DNA from: Raillietiella orientalis
Taxonomy: Eukaryota
NCBI GenBank assembly: GCA_036172245.1
Contig: JAYWIR010000035.1
Location: 186,001 to 250,000, forward strand
Direction: 5' to 3'
Length of the DNA: 64,000 nt
Part shown: positions 38,101-50,069 of the stretch, piece after piece
How positions within the stretch are numbered: the stretch's first letter is position 1
How the letters are laid out: each line of letters starts with the position of its first letter
Position numbers and translations under genes: made by a program
Notes under the pieces: generated by a model
What the model was told of the DNA's origin: nothing
Database searches by the model: none
Seen by the model: only the letters and a program-made list of their open reading frames with translations

Positions 38101-41100
38101 GCTATTCGTAACGCAAGCGGGTAGATGAACCGAATCTAGAAATTGCCGCATCGTTCTTTCTTCTTCTTCTACAGTATTCTCTAAGTAAGCGTTTGAGAAC
38201 GGACTTCCATCTTCTCCAGTGTGTTCTCTCTGTGACACCTCAGATGATTCACGCGTGTCAGAGTACGTACACATCCATGCCCAAGCTTTCTCTGTTCCGT
38301 CCTGGTTCCCTTCCAGGGCTCTCCTCAGGTGACCTGTTGCCCCCAGACGAGGTCTGGAGAGCATCCTTTTTTACCGACGGAACAGTGAGCGTTATGGAGC
38401 GGGGACGGATCACAAAGAGGCACTCGAGTAACACTTTGCATGAAACTCGCCCTAAATGTCATGAAATCTAACTCGGATTCCGTCGTCATGGAAATGAACT
38501 GGACGTTCAAATCGCAGTTCTCCACCACAAAGAAAAACTTCTCATGGTCCGACACCTGAAGCGACACTGGAAGCGATCCTGTCCAAGCGCCCCCCCCCAA
38601 AAAAACAAGCAAACAAAGCTAACGCACAATGTGCAGAGTTGTACGCAGTGTACTCCCCTTCGACATTCGACAAGGGGGAAGGGGGAGGGGGATGTTTCAT
38701 CATTCCCACCTGCCTCGCTCTCTTCCCGATCCATCATCTTGCTACCTCTCCCAAGACTAAAGGAAAACACTGGATCCCGTCAACTGGAAGGGAAGGGTGC
38801 TCCGCAAGGGGACTACAAAAGCGTTGTGATCAACAGAAACGTGGAGTAAGTCCGCTGGGAAACGCCTGCTGCCGCGTAGCTGTGCCCGGATGTACCCACG
38901 TCCACTTGGGCTTTGAAATCCTGCTTTTTTTTTTTTTGCATACCTCTTCGTTCCCAATCCTTCCCTGGCTGTGCCGTTTCTGGGAAGCTGCCGAAATGTC
39001 TTTCAATCTATCTATCTATCGTCTCCTCTTTAATCCCTGGACTGGTCATGAACGGAAAGATCTATGGGCTATTTTTCTATCCCAAGCCGGAAAAGACGGC
39101 CTTCCCCCAGTCTCATGCACGCACAGAGCATCCCCGCTTTTTCCTGCAAACTCCTCATGCCTCAGTTCGTAGCACGCTTAACCATCAGGAGTGAACACGC
39201 AACCTGCGAACGAAGACGACGTCATTCAACCACGAAACACACACATAGCGATCGGCTGGGTAGGACCTTCCAATGGACCACTTACCAAGCCCCTGTGCTT
39301 CAGGAGATAAACCGCTCCCTGAACTACGGATTTCGAGAAGGCAGGTGAGACAGCAGCTCGATTTTTCTGAATTTCCGAACGCAGCACCCCAGAGAACAAC
39401 ACTGAAACACCACAACGCACTTCAGCTGACACTTGCAAGACTCCCTCGGCAGTTACCGTCACGAAGATCCCATCCCTTCGAGAATTCTCCATCTCGAGGT
39501 GGCTGCCGTTTGGGAGACTTTCCCGTGAGCTCTCTCACGACATCCGCTCGAGATACGTGCAGTTTCCATGCATTCTCCTGATCTTGATGCTCTGCGACGA
39601 ATCCGCGCGTGAGCGGAGCTGTGTCGTCACGATCTCTTACCGTTGGCAGTTGAGAGAGGAAAAAAATGGGGCGACTCAATGAAGCCCTCAAGAAAGTGCT
39701 CGCTGCGGCAGGAACGGATGCTGATTCTGACGCGGAAGGGGAGAAGGAGAATGAAGGGAGCTTGAGCATCTCTGTCTGTGAACTCTTCACATCCTTAGTT
39801 CGTTCCGCTCAGAGCCAGCGTCTTCAGCATCCTTTTCTCATTCTTACGATTAAGAAGGCGTACCCGTGAGTTCTAATGCTTGCATGGAAAGAGGCAATCA
39901 ATCGAGCTCACAGCATCCTTCGGTGGAGCTGCAGGTTAGTTGTCTCCCTGCGGTCTCTTTACTGAAAAACCCTTTCACTAAAGATACATTACTCGGGTCA
40001 GCGAAGGAAGTCTTGTGGACAGGGACAGATAGTCTCCCACTCCAGGTGAACACCCCTTGTCGAGCCATCCAACCGATCGTTGAAGTTTATCCGTGAAAAT
40101 GACGGTGAAACTAACGTTGAAATGGTGGTGAGGGAAACAAAGCATTGGCGGGAACTCAAAGATAAATTCCAGATATCATTTTTTGATACCTTGGTACATC
40201 CAAGCTACAAAGCAGTCCATCTCTGATGGAATTGAAACTGGTAATCAGCATAAATAACAGGCCGAGAAACCATTTAATTGATCCCGTGTTGCGTCAAAAG
40301 GTGGCTTGCTCTCTTTGGCTCAAATTGCGGTTCAGGATCAAGTTGCCGAAGGGTGGAGGAACGATCAGTGTCCTTGAAAGACCTCCCCCCGCTAGGAAAT
40401 CCTACTTGTCTCCAAGTGAAACCGAATGCCAGGAGTTTCGGTTGCCGAGCCCCGCGGAAGACGTGATCTCATTGGCGACCAAGGACACTCGGCTGCTCCT
40501 TTCGAAAGGATGCGGATCCGACGTTCCCACTGAACTCGGTTCGTGCAGTCCTCACTCGGTTTGCATGCACGCATGTTGTTTCGTGCCCAACTCGATTTCG
40601 AATAACCAATCTGAGGTGGACGACGACGCCATTCTTAGGGTAGGTAACGTTTGAATGCAACCGTGTGAAATCAAGTACAAAGGAAGTCACCAGGAAGCAT
40701 CAGTAAAACTGAGGAAAAAAATTTTGAAGGGAGAAAGCAGAACGTGTTTGAGGGCAAAAACCTTTTACTCCGCCTGTCAAAGAAGCGAATCGAGACGCAA
40801 GATAGGAACGCATTCTCGTGGACATTGGCTATTGGCTGCCTCCAACTCCTTCCAGTGTTGACTTTCGGTGCTGTCCAAGTCGGTAGGCCTCGCGGATGCC
40901 CTCACCACCTATCCACTTTGAAGAAACTTTGTCCACTGAGAGACTGTTTAAATTCATACTCCTCGGTATCCTTGCTATGGCGTGATCATCACCAAACTCC
41001 ACCTGCAAACAAAAATAGTTTGGCGCTTTTCGATTTCTCCTTCCACCAAAAAGAAAGAAAAAATGGACCTTCTCCACGTTCAGAATGAAGTCTGAACTCT

Positions 41101-44100
41101 CCAGAGGTAAACAGCTGAATTTTGCCAAGAGGATTTGATGAGATCAAAAGCACAACTGCTCCCGAAACCCGCGCGGAAACAGCTCTCTCCGGGAACGCTT
41201 CAGGGTCGACGACCTCATCCCGTCGCCGAAGACGTGGACACCTTCGACTAGCAAGATTGCAACGGTCCTCAAGGAACACAGGACTCTCGTTCACTTTTCA
41301 CAAGCTTTGGTGATAGGCATGCGCGCGCTCATGTCATACGCCTCGGAACCTCTCTGGCGATTTTTCGGACAAAGGATTCGGTTTTGGAGTTGTGACCTGA
41401 GGATCTGAGGAAAGAAATTCAAGGCAGAGGGATTTCCATTTTTCTCTCAAAGCTAAAGTCAACTCTGCAGGACCACGTGCTTGCTCTCAACGAGCTGCCG
41501 TCGCCTACTGTGGATGATTTTTTGTTGCTGTTGAAAGTAACAGAACTCTTGTTACCATCGTCCTCCAAACTCACCTTGCCGGAAAACAGATCATTTCTAA
41601 TGAACCCCAAAATCACCGGAAATAAAGTAAGTTTTGAGGCCGAAGGCAGGTCTCTCTGTTAGTTCCGTCTTGCAAAACTGGCGTTTCCTGGATACTCAGG
41701 AAGTTGGTTTCATCGGTGTCCATAGCAGAGCGACCTTTCCCACGACGGAAGACTAAATGGAAAGCCAAGGATGTGATTTTACTTGCAGAACCGTTCCTCT
41801 TCCAGTAATCTTCTCTGGTGGACGAATGGCGTACTTGGGAAAATTGGCACTCTTGCGACTGGTGAGAAATTCAGGGTGATTTAGCGTGAGAGATCAATCG
41901 CAAGCTGCAGAATTTTCCTCTATTGAGAGAGCACCTCGTGCTATGCCTTCGGTATGAGCATTGTTCCTGACTTTCGAGCATGGATAGGTACAACACCTAT
42001 TCTCATCGGCATGGAATCAGGAATGGCCATCGTGCCTCCTGCAAGGTCACTGTCCTACTGTTTCACACGAAAAGTCCTAGAATTTTACAATTGCGAAATT
42101 CGCTCACTTATCTAGTCCCGGTTTTCGGTCATCGAACGAAAGCAACCTTTGTGTCCATGGATACATCAAACGCTGCATCCGTGTGATGACCGGACTTGAA
42201 GCTCACATTCCCCTAGAAAGCTCTCGTGGGAAAGGCGAAGGGAAGCTGACGACGGAAAATCACCCAGCGGACCAAAGAACCTCCAGCCATTGTTTCTCAG
42301 TGTACCCCTCGACAAGAAGACATCGGCACATGCATCTGGAACCAAGGAACTCTAGGCACTCAGAGAACAAATGCAAAATTGCACATGGGGAACATTAGCA
42401 TTCGCGTCACTTGTCACAGCGAGGATCATTACAACCTAAACCTATGCACGGTCTTTACATACAGAGCTGGGGCAGCATACCATCCTAGACATCTCTTGAA
42501 CCAGTTCCATCCCGGGAACATCCACTGGCTTACAGACACTCTGAAAGCGGCAAACAGTCGCCTTGTAAAGTTTTTCTATCTAAAAAACAATGCATGTTAC
42601 CTCACCAATTGCAAAAAACAAGATGTCGTCCGCATATGCAACCGCGAACCATCATGGTCGGTTTCACCCAAATTGGCTTCATTGAACAGATCAAAAATGA
42701 AATCGTAACCGATTCCAAGTTCGTTCATGGCCCCACCGAAACCTACGGAGCGCTCTACCTTACCCACGGTAGCGACCCAGAATTGAGTGGTAACCTCTGC
42801 GAGGAAACAAATGGCAATTCGTACGGCGTGCAGCTGCCTTGATTGATGTTTGGACTGCCAGCATCTCGCATCAGCACAACATCCCGACTTAATCCAAGAG
42901 CGAGTCTTCACGGAAATCATGCATTGATTAAAAGTCATCAGAACTGGCTCAAAGTGCATTCCACGGCATCAGAAAGGCTGCCGCCTCTGAATTTCTTGCA
43001 GGGTACCCTCTCGTGTTTCGAAAGTATGATTGGGGCCTACACTTCCGTGTTCCGAGTTTTCAGTGTCATTCGCTTCCGTACCCTCAGTTCTCAGTGTCAT
43101 CAGACCACTCGAGTGATGGAAAATTCAATACGAAAATGCCATCGATGTCCGCTGTGCTTCTATAACGCGGTCAATCACCTGCTCATTTGAACTTGTGTGC
43201 TCATTCAAGAGGAGGTTCATTCTTCAAGCAGAGACGATCCCAAGCAAAATGGCAAAGATGGACAAACAGGATTATCAACAGTGGCTTAATTAATGCCCAG
43301 ATACTTCGGAAAGATTTTTCTCGGAGGGAAAAAAACAGGAAGTGCATGTTAGATAACTTTGTTGCTACGAACGTAGTGTACAATTTCCAAGATATAATTA
43401 GAATATCTGTCAAAATTTGGATTCCTTATCATTATATCTTCCGATAGAATTAGTCCTTGACAAAAAGGAGAAATCTGCGGAGAGCAAGCGTGTCCAGAAT
43501 ATGAAAGAATTAAGTGTTCTCCAAAATAGCAAACGATTTGGGATGCTGCAAAAAGATTTGGGATACTTTGCCATACCATAAAATAATGTTCTTGATATTA
43601 CTTAGTTATCGATTTGTACTTATGTGCCTCGAAGAGATTCACTCACACTGCTATTTCCTTAAAATCCAAAATTCTTCCGGAGACATGCATTTGATGCGTG
43701 TCGTGCCAATTAAGGAAGACATCTGATTATTCCCACTCGAGCAGTAGGAAGGTACGCGTAGAGAGTCAGAAATGAAACGTGTTGAATTAAAAGAAAAAAT
43801 TTGCAAATTCCCTCTTCAATTAGAAACATGTGCTGGAAGTAAACTGATTGTGGGTACCAGATCTGGGAACCATAATTGCAGTGGATTTGGGGTGGAGTTG
43901 GTTGGGAAGGAATTGCGGATTTAAATCTGCACCTTCCTTTGGCCTGTTGTTAAGAACTCATGACAAGGACTGGGTGAACCCACTGCGTGGATGAGAAAGT
44001 GGCTCCTAGGTGTGGGTGAAAGTTTGGAAACTGTCGTGAAAAATGGAGCAGCCAACGACACAGCAGTGCGACCGCGTTCTTCTATCGTGTACAATTCGCT

Positions 44101-46590
44101 TCAGCAGCAGGGCAACTGCTGTCGTGATGTACGAAAGGAATTTTGATCTCATATCCTTTGAGGCACCAAGAGTTGATCAAGAATTAACAAAATAAGAAAT
44201 AACTTTCGAATTCGAAGCACAAATGTGGACACAGAGAGATAGCTTCCGATGCGCACAGGACATTCGGAGAAAAGCTTCAACTCCCCGATCGTTCCCCATA
44301 CAAAGATTAGGAAAGGCGAAACCTTGCATCTATTTTCCATTTTCATAAACAATTTATTCAATTTCCATCTTGCGGTGAAAACTCCTCGGAGTTCCTGCAT
44401 TCCCTTTGATACGACTGCATTTAGTAATGGACGGTGTTCTCTGGATTTCTGATCTCTTGTCTGCTTTGTTTCTTTGTCGGTCTTCTCGGTCAGAAGACCA
44501 CAGAGGTAGGATAGGCTTGGTATGAGGAGGATAGGTGCGGTAAGGCTTTGATAAATAGGCATCGCGCGGCATTAGGAAATGATTCTGGAATCGGAAGCTG
44601 GAAGCTCAGGCGTACTCTTCAGAAGAGATTGAATCAACGATTGTCTTTCATCGGATTTGAGAAGGTATTGTGCTAAGGAGAGACACATTTTATTAATGTG
44701 AGCTTAATGGTAATTGCTAGAATGAGATTCTGTTTTATTTGATTTCTGACTTTTTTGATTTTTTTGCAGCAGATGTGAATTTCTGCGGAAATTTATGAAA
44801 TATTGACTTCGATGGTATCCAAGATGTGTGAAGGAAGAATGAATTTGTTACGATGGTGATACTGATTACTGTCATTATATGAGTATTATTGTTGCATTGA
44901 GTTCCGTTTTGTGTGTTTTTGTTCAGTTTCTTAATGATTTCATACTCTTGGAACATCTACATTGGATCTATTGAATAATTTCATTCCTGAACTGTTCCAT
45001 GAATTCTGAACCACATATGAAGTCATACAGCAATACACGACCGTGGGTTACATGAGTTTAAATTGAAAATGATTGATCTCTTAAATTGGTTCGTTGACAT
45101 CTTCATCAAAACGTCTTTTGAAACTTGCAGTCATATTAATTATTTCTCCAAATGACCTATGTTGAATGAATGTTCAACTGAATGTTTATAAAAGTCGAGT
45201 AATAAGTAATCTTGAGTAATTAACAAATGAGAACCCTTGGGACTTTTCAAAATGTGATGAAATGAAGTGATCCTTTCTTAAAAAAACTGTGACAACTGTA
45301 ACTGTAACCATTTCAACAAGCTCTTTTTTTTTTTTCCTTTTGCTATCATTATTCCTGTTTCTCATTTCCTGGCCCTTCCGTGATGTTGTGGATCTCCTCG
45401 GAGCTTCCCTACGGATAGTCGGGCTTAGTGAGACGTCTGCTTCTTTCTTTTTTTTTTCTGTAAAAAGTAAGCGTTTCGGCTATCAACCGGGCGTAAATCT
45501 TCAAACAACTAATCTAGAAACCATTAGTTCAATGGTTTTGTGCCTTCTTCTGAACTGTTTCCTTATTCCTTGCATAGCACCCAGAAACTCTCCTCTACAT
45601 GAACACGGGCTTCTCTAATTCCTGGAGCAGACAAGTTCCCTCTTTTCCTTTTTTACACCACCGTGGACTAACCAGAAACTTGACCCCAGGCATTAACCGT
45701 CATAAGTATGGGAACTTGGTGACTACTTGATTTAGGCATGCTGCTGGCTTTAGTATGACCTGTACACTCAATCCACCTGCTGTCTCTTCGTGACTGACCT
45801 GTTGCTCAAACAGATCTCTATTCAGATATATGATTGAATGCATTCTTCAAAAGGAATATGGTTGTTAATCCCTTTTGTTGCTAAAAGCTTACTAATCATC
45901 AAATCCAAAATTTCCATCTGATCAGGATTGAAATAGTCTCCGGTAAAAAATTCGGACACTAACTGCTCATGAAATGAGGGACTAGAGTTGATCTCTAAAC
46001 TTTGATACTCGGAACTGGATTGTGAAACAAACGCTAATGAAATTGTCCTACGAAATCCCGGGTCACGAAGCTAAAGAGAAAGGCTATGTGTAGCCCCTGT
46101 TCTTGGATCAAAAGGGTCCTGAGTGTTGAGAAGAAGTACGTGAAAATGGAAAAAAGCAGGAGCAAGCTCTTGCTTCCTGAGAAGCACACAAAGTAATTCG
46201 GAATTTCCTGCCAACCTTTTAAAAAAATGCTTGACAGAAATTCGACACAGGATTCATTTCAGAGATCTTCACTAATCATCATATTTACGATAATAGTAAC
46301 TTTATCGTAGGCAATGCTTGTTTATGCAAACATGATCTCCATGTACATCACTTTATTCGAATAGTGTAAGCCAAAAAACTGGATACTGCCTCCGGGTGAT
46401 GACAAGGAAATAAGAATGGCGTGCACCAAGAAAAATTTGAGACGCATTAAGGAAAATAGAAAGATTCATTTCCTTGAAAGAATAAAGCAAATGAAATATT
46501 GTGAATTCTTGTGCTTTTCAAAAGAATTAGATGCACTGTCTCCGCTGTTTTTCTTTCAGCTTTTTTTTTTTTAAGAGTTTTCTTTTTTTT

Positions 46591-46907
46591 GGTTCGCTAA
46601 GTACCTCAGAGCCGGTCGCGTGCCTCGCGGCGCACGTGGCTCTTTTAAACACAGTTTCGTCTCCACGCCCCTCCGCCCGCGGCAAGCCGCAGGGGGGCGT
46701 GTAATTCTTCAGGATAGGGGCACCCCGGGATGGGGGTCCGCCCTATGAATCCAGGAAGGGCTCGGAGATGCACTGAAGTGTGGCATGCTGATTAATGTAC
46801 GAGCGGAAAAATCATCATTACCTAAGTCTTCTCACACTCTACCAAGGAAGTGTTTCTGCGAAACATGACGCAAAGAAGCAAGGCAACACTTTTCCCGCCT
46901 TTTTTTT
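46591..46907 (+). ncRNA. Candidate structured non-coding RNA or small retroposed element (family not recognised)
   Basis: GC-rich island in AT-rich DNA with nested complementary segments, several G-U pairs that favour the + strand, and a terminal T run. See finding. It does not match the tRNA, snRNA, SRP, RNase P/MRP or 7SK motifs I can recall. Confidence 0.4.
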
Positions 46908-47224
46908 CTTTTTTTTTTATGGGGGGAACGATGCCGAACTTGTTCTTAAATTTGAACTATTTTATACGAAGTCATAATTCTGTGCAAATCTCTACAATCC
47001 TTGTTATTCTAGTACACCTAAAATGGACACCATATTTCGTGTGCTCACCCGCACGTAGTGCACCAAAAGGATCAGTTTTGAGTTTGAATGGAACGCTTAC
47101 GAATTAGGTAGTGACATGATCGTACCGAAGTGATTCAATGATTTCAATTGCTACTGAATGCTTTACTGATGGAAAGGTAAACCTGATAATAAAAAAAAAA
47201 AAAAAAAAAAAACATGATCCAAAT

Positions 47225-47600
47225 AAGCTGAAATGCATTAATTGCAATTTTGGCAACCGAAAAGTCCAGAGGAATTACGATAAGCGAACTTTAAATAGCT
47301 TCCCCTATATGTCAACATGGTTTGACAGCAGAGATGGAACTGCCATATGTGTAAAGAAGAATCCTCTTACGGAGATGGATAGAATAGATATCCACTCGGA
47401 GATATGGGTTCGGAATACCTGCTTTCCGGATCCCACAATCCCGTGATTGATCCTTAGCAACTGGCGTTATCGATTGCTTAGAATAATAAAGAACGCTACA
47501 AAGACGATGATGCAGCTTCATGCACTTGAGATTTAACTGTAGAAGCATTCATCTTTAGAAGTTTAACTCTAGTATACTGCATGGTGGGACTAAACGTCTT
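47225..47600 (+). mobile_element. Possible highly decayed non-LTR retrotransposon endonuclease (APE) remnant
   Basis: Interrupted translation KLKCINCN...DSRDGTAICVKKN...RIDIHSEIWV...LILSNWRYR...FNS loosely follows the order of LINE endonuclease motifs (GVAIYV, xIWV, IxxxYRPP, GDFN). Similarity is weak and judged by eye only. Confidence 0.2.
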
Positions 47601-50069
47601 CCAGTATGCATGGTCGATGCTTTCGTTAGAACTCGAGGCAGAATTGTGATAAACAAAATGACAGATCTTTACTCGTCAAGCTTTATTAATTCTTGTCGGA
47701 TGACGGCTGCAGCATACTCATCGAACAGCATTCTAAAGGACAACACATTTATCTTGCCGCGAACTTTACGGAACGAGCTGAAAGTGCAGCAGAACCGTGA
47801 AGGAGTCCTGGAAAGTAACACACGTTCGGGAAACCCTATCTGTTTTGCTGAACGTGCTTGCAAACCAAGGTAGCTTGGAATCTCCAGCCCAGCAAGGAAA
47901 GCAACTCTATGTAGAGGCTCTACGTGAGACAAAGATGTTTTTTCTAGTTTCAAAGTGACTTCGAGTTAGTTTTTCTGGTGAAATCAAGATGCCTTGACAT
48001 GCAACAAAGGTTATCTGAAGGAACGCAGGCGCATTTTTGCATGGAATTGAATATCCAAGAGGAAGGATCCTGCCGGAAAACTGCTTATCAATTTAGGAAT
48101 TGATATGAAAATAAGGGAAATCATCGCGTTAAAGTAGAGATCTTTTAGACACAAATCAGCCCTTCGATGCACAAGGAAGACAGCTCCTGATCCGTGAAGC
48201 TGGATGGCCATGGACGACTAAAGTTACAATTACAACTCTTGAAATCGGCGTCACCTTAGTCTTGTATGGAGACTGCAAATAATCTTGCTCATAATCAGAA
48301 TTCTGAAGGGTTTTGCCAGCTTCTTTAAATTATTGAATTTCTAATCAAGAGTTTTTTTCTTTTCTCTGTGGAATAGCATTTTGCGAAACGTCGCAGAGCT
48401 ATTTCAAGAACCGCAAATTCGTGATTTTGGATGTTTTTTTTCCCTCTTTTACAGCAGCACTTCACTTGAGGCATTAAGGTAGGGTATAAAAGTCCATTAT
48501 GGGAAGATCAATACAAACCATTAGATTTAGAAAGTGATTTTCGAATATACTGTCGTCTTACATAAATGACTCAAAATCATTTCAGGATCGGTTAAGTTTT
48601 CAATTTGTACACGTAGGTTGTAAATTATTTTAGTTTCAAGATTATTCTGGATATGAAGCAACTCTGCAGTTCATATGTTTACGGATTATTATTCTTTGGC
48701 CTCCACTTGGATTTTTTGCTCATCCTAAAATCCTGTGATATGGGATAAATCTATGTAGGATAGCAAATGAAAGTATGTAAACTCCGTGCAAAAGTTCAGC
48801 ATATGCTCACTCACGTGATGACACTGCAGAGCTTTGGAAACAGCAACTTGAACTCGATAAGACATAGAACTCTCGGCATACCATAATATATATATTGTCT
48901 CTTCTTATAAAGAAACACATAACAACGATCAAAAGGTAATTGACGATTCCTAGCAGTGCATGAAGAAAGTGATTAAATTTCTGCAGTGCCATGTATGGAA
49001 ATAACCCATGATACACTATAAGAGACAGAACCTTCATTTAGCACTCACTTGCATATGTTGTGGCAAGGAAACATTGCCCTGCCATGTATTTCAACTACCT
49101 ATTACCATTGCTCTGCCCGCTAGATGCTGAGGTTAGGCCAACATATATGATGAGAGGATAGACTCTCAAAATATATGATGGATCACTTTGCTCTTGACTA
49201 ATGATCACACAGGAGCTGGCAAAAGAGTTGTTCTGACGAATGATTTTTGACATCTCCTTCCAGTTTTCTTGGAATATCAAAAGGTAACCCATAAAGTTGT
49301 ATTAAGGAAAGCAAGGCATGAAGTAACATAAATAAAGGAAGGGTTCAAAAACAAAAGCTCAGTTTTGTTGAATAACGCTGATTATTTTCAAATAGCCGCA
49401 TTATTCAAAAAAATGTGCAAACCTGCTTTTTTGTTTTTCTTTTATGAAAAATTTCATGATAAAGTCTCTATGATGAACCTTTGACAAAATTTGGATGTTT
49501 ATTCCACAACGTTTTACACATGAGCACCTCAATGAATAGAATTTCCTGCTGAAGATTTGAATGTTAGACTTTGGTGGAAGAAAAAAAAATGCTAGGTTTA
49601 AACAATGCTTTTTGCAAGAAAGAATGCTGAAAATGACAGACCTCTCCTAATATTAATGGAATTTCTAATAAGAGATTCTGGAAAAAAGTATCCTAGTACA
49701 TATTTCTTCTCAACTGTATTGTAACTCATTATGTCAAGGAGCATTATCATGAAAATTATCATGAGCATTATCATGAAATGGTAGCTTGTAAGCTATAGCA
49801 ATTTCCGTGGACCAGCATTTTCCGTTTTCATAGCATGCTCCCAAGAAACATTGCAATCATGAATACCAAAAAAAATTATCTTAATGAAAAACAGTGACAA
49901 GTATATTACTGACAACTCAGACAACAAATTTAGCATAATAAAATAAACATACTGAATCTCTTTTCAAATTTGTAAACCAGTTGAAACTAGATTAAGTTTG
50001 GAATTGACAAGAAACTTTCTTTGGCAAAATGTGCAAGAATCAACTCAAGTAGCCTATTGCTAACAGAAC

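Noticed and set aside
46597..46618. CTAAGTAC resembling the 5' end of miR-252, or a telomerase template
   Set aside because: The match stops after 8 nt and there is no pre-miRNA hairpin around it. It is not complementary to 1.5 copies of TTAGG or TTAGGG, so no template call is supportable without knowing the telomere repeat.
46754..46768. GGAAGGGCTCGGAG as RNase P CR-I
   Set aside because: Spacing differs from the GGAARNUCNGAG consensus and there is no convincing CR-V partner downstream.
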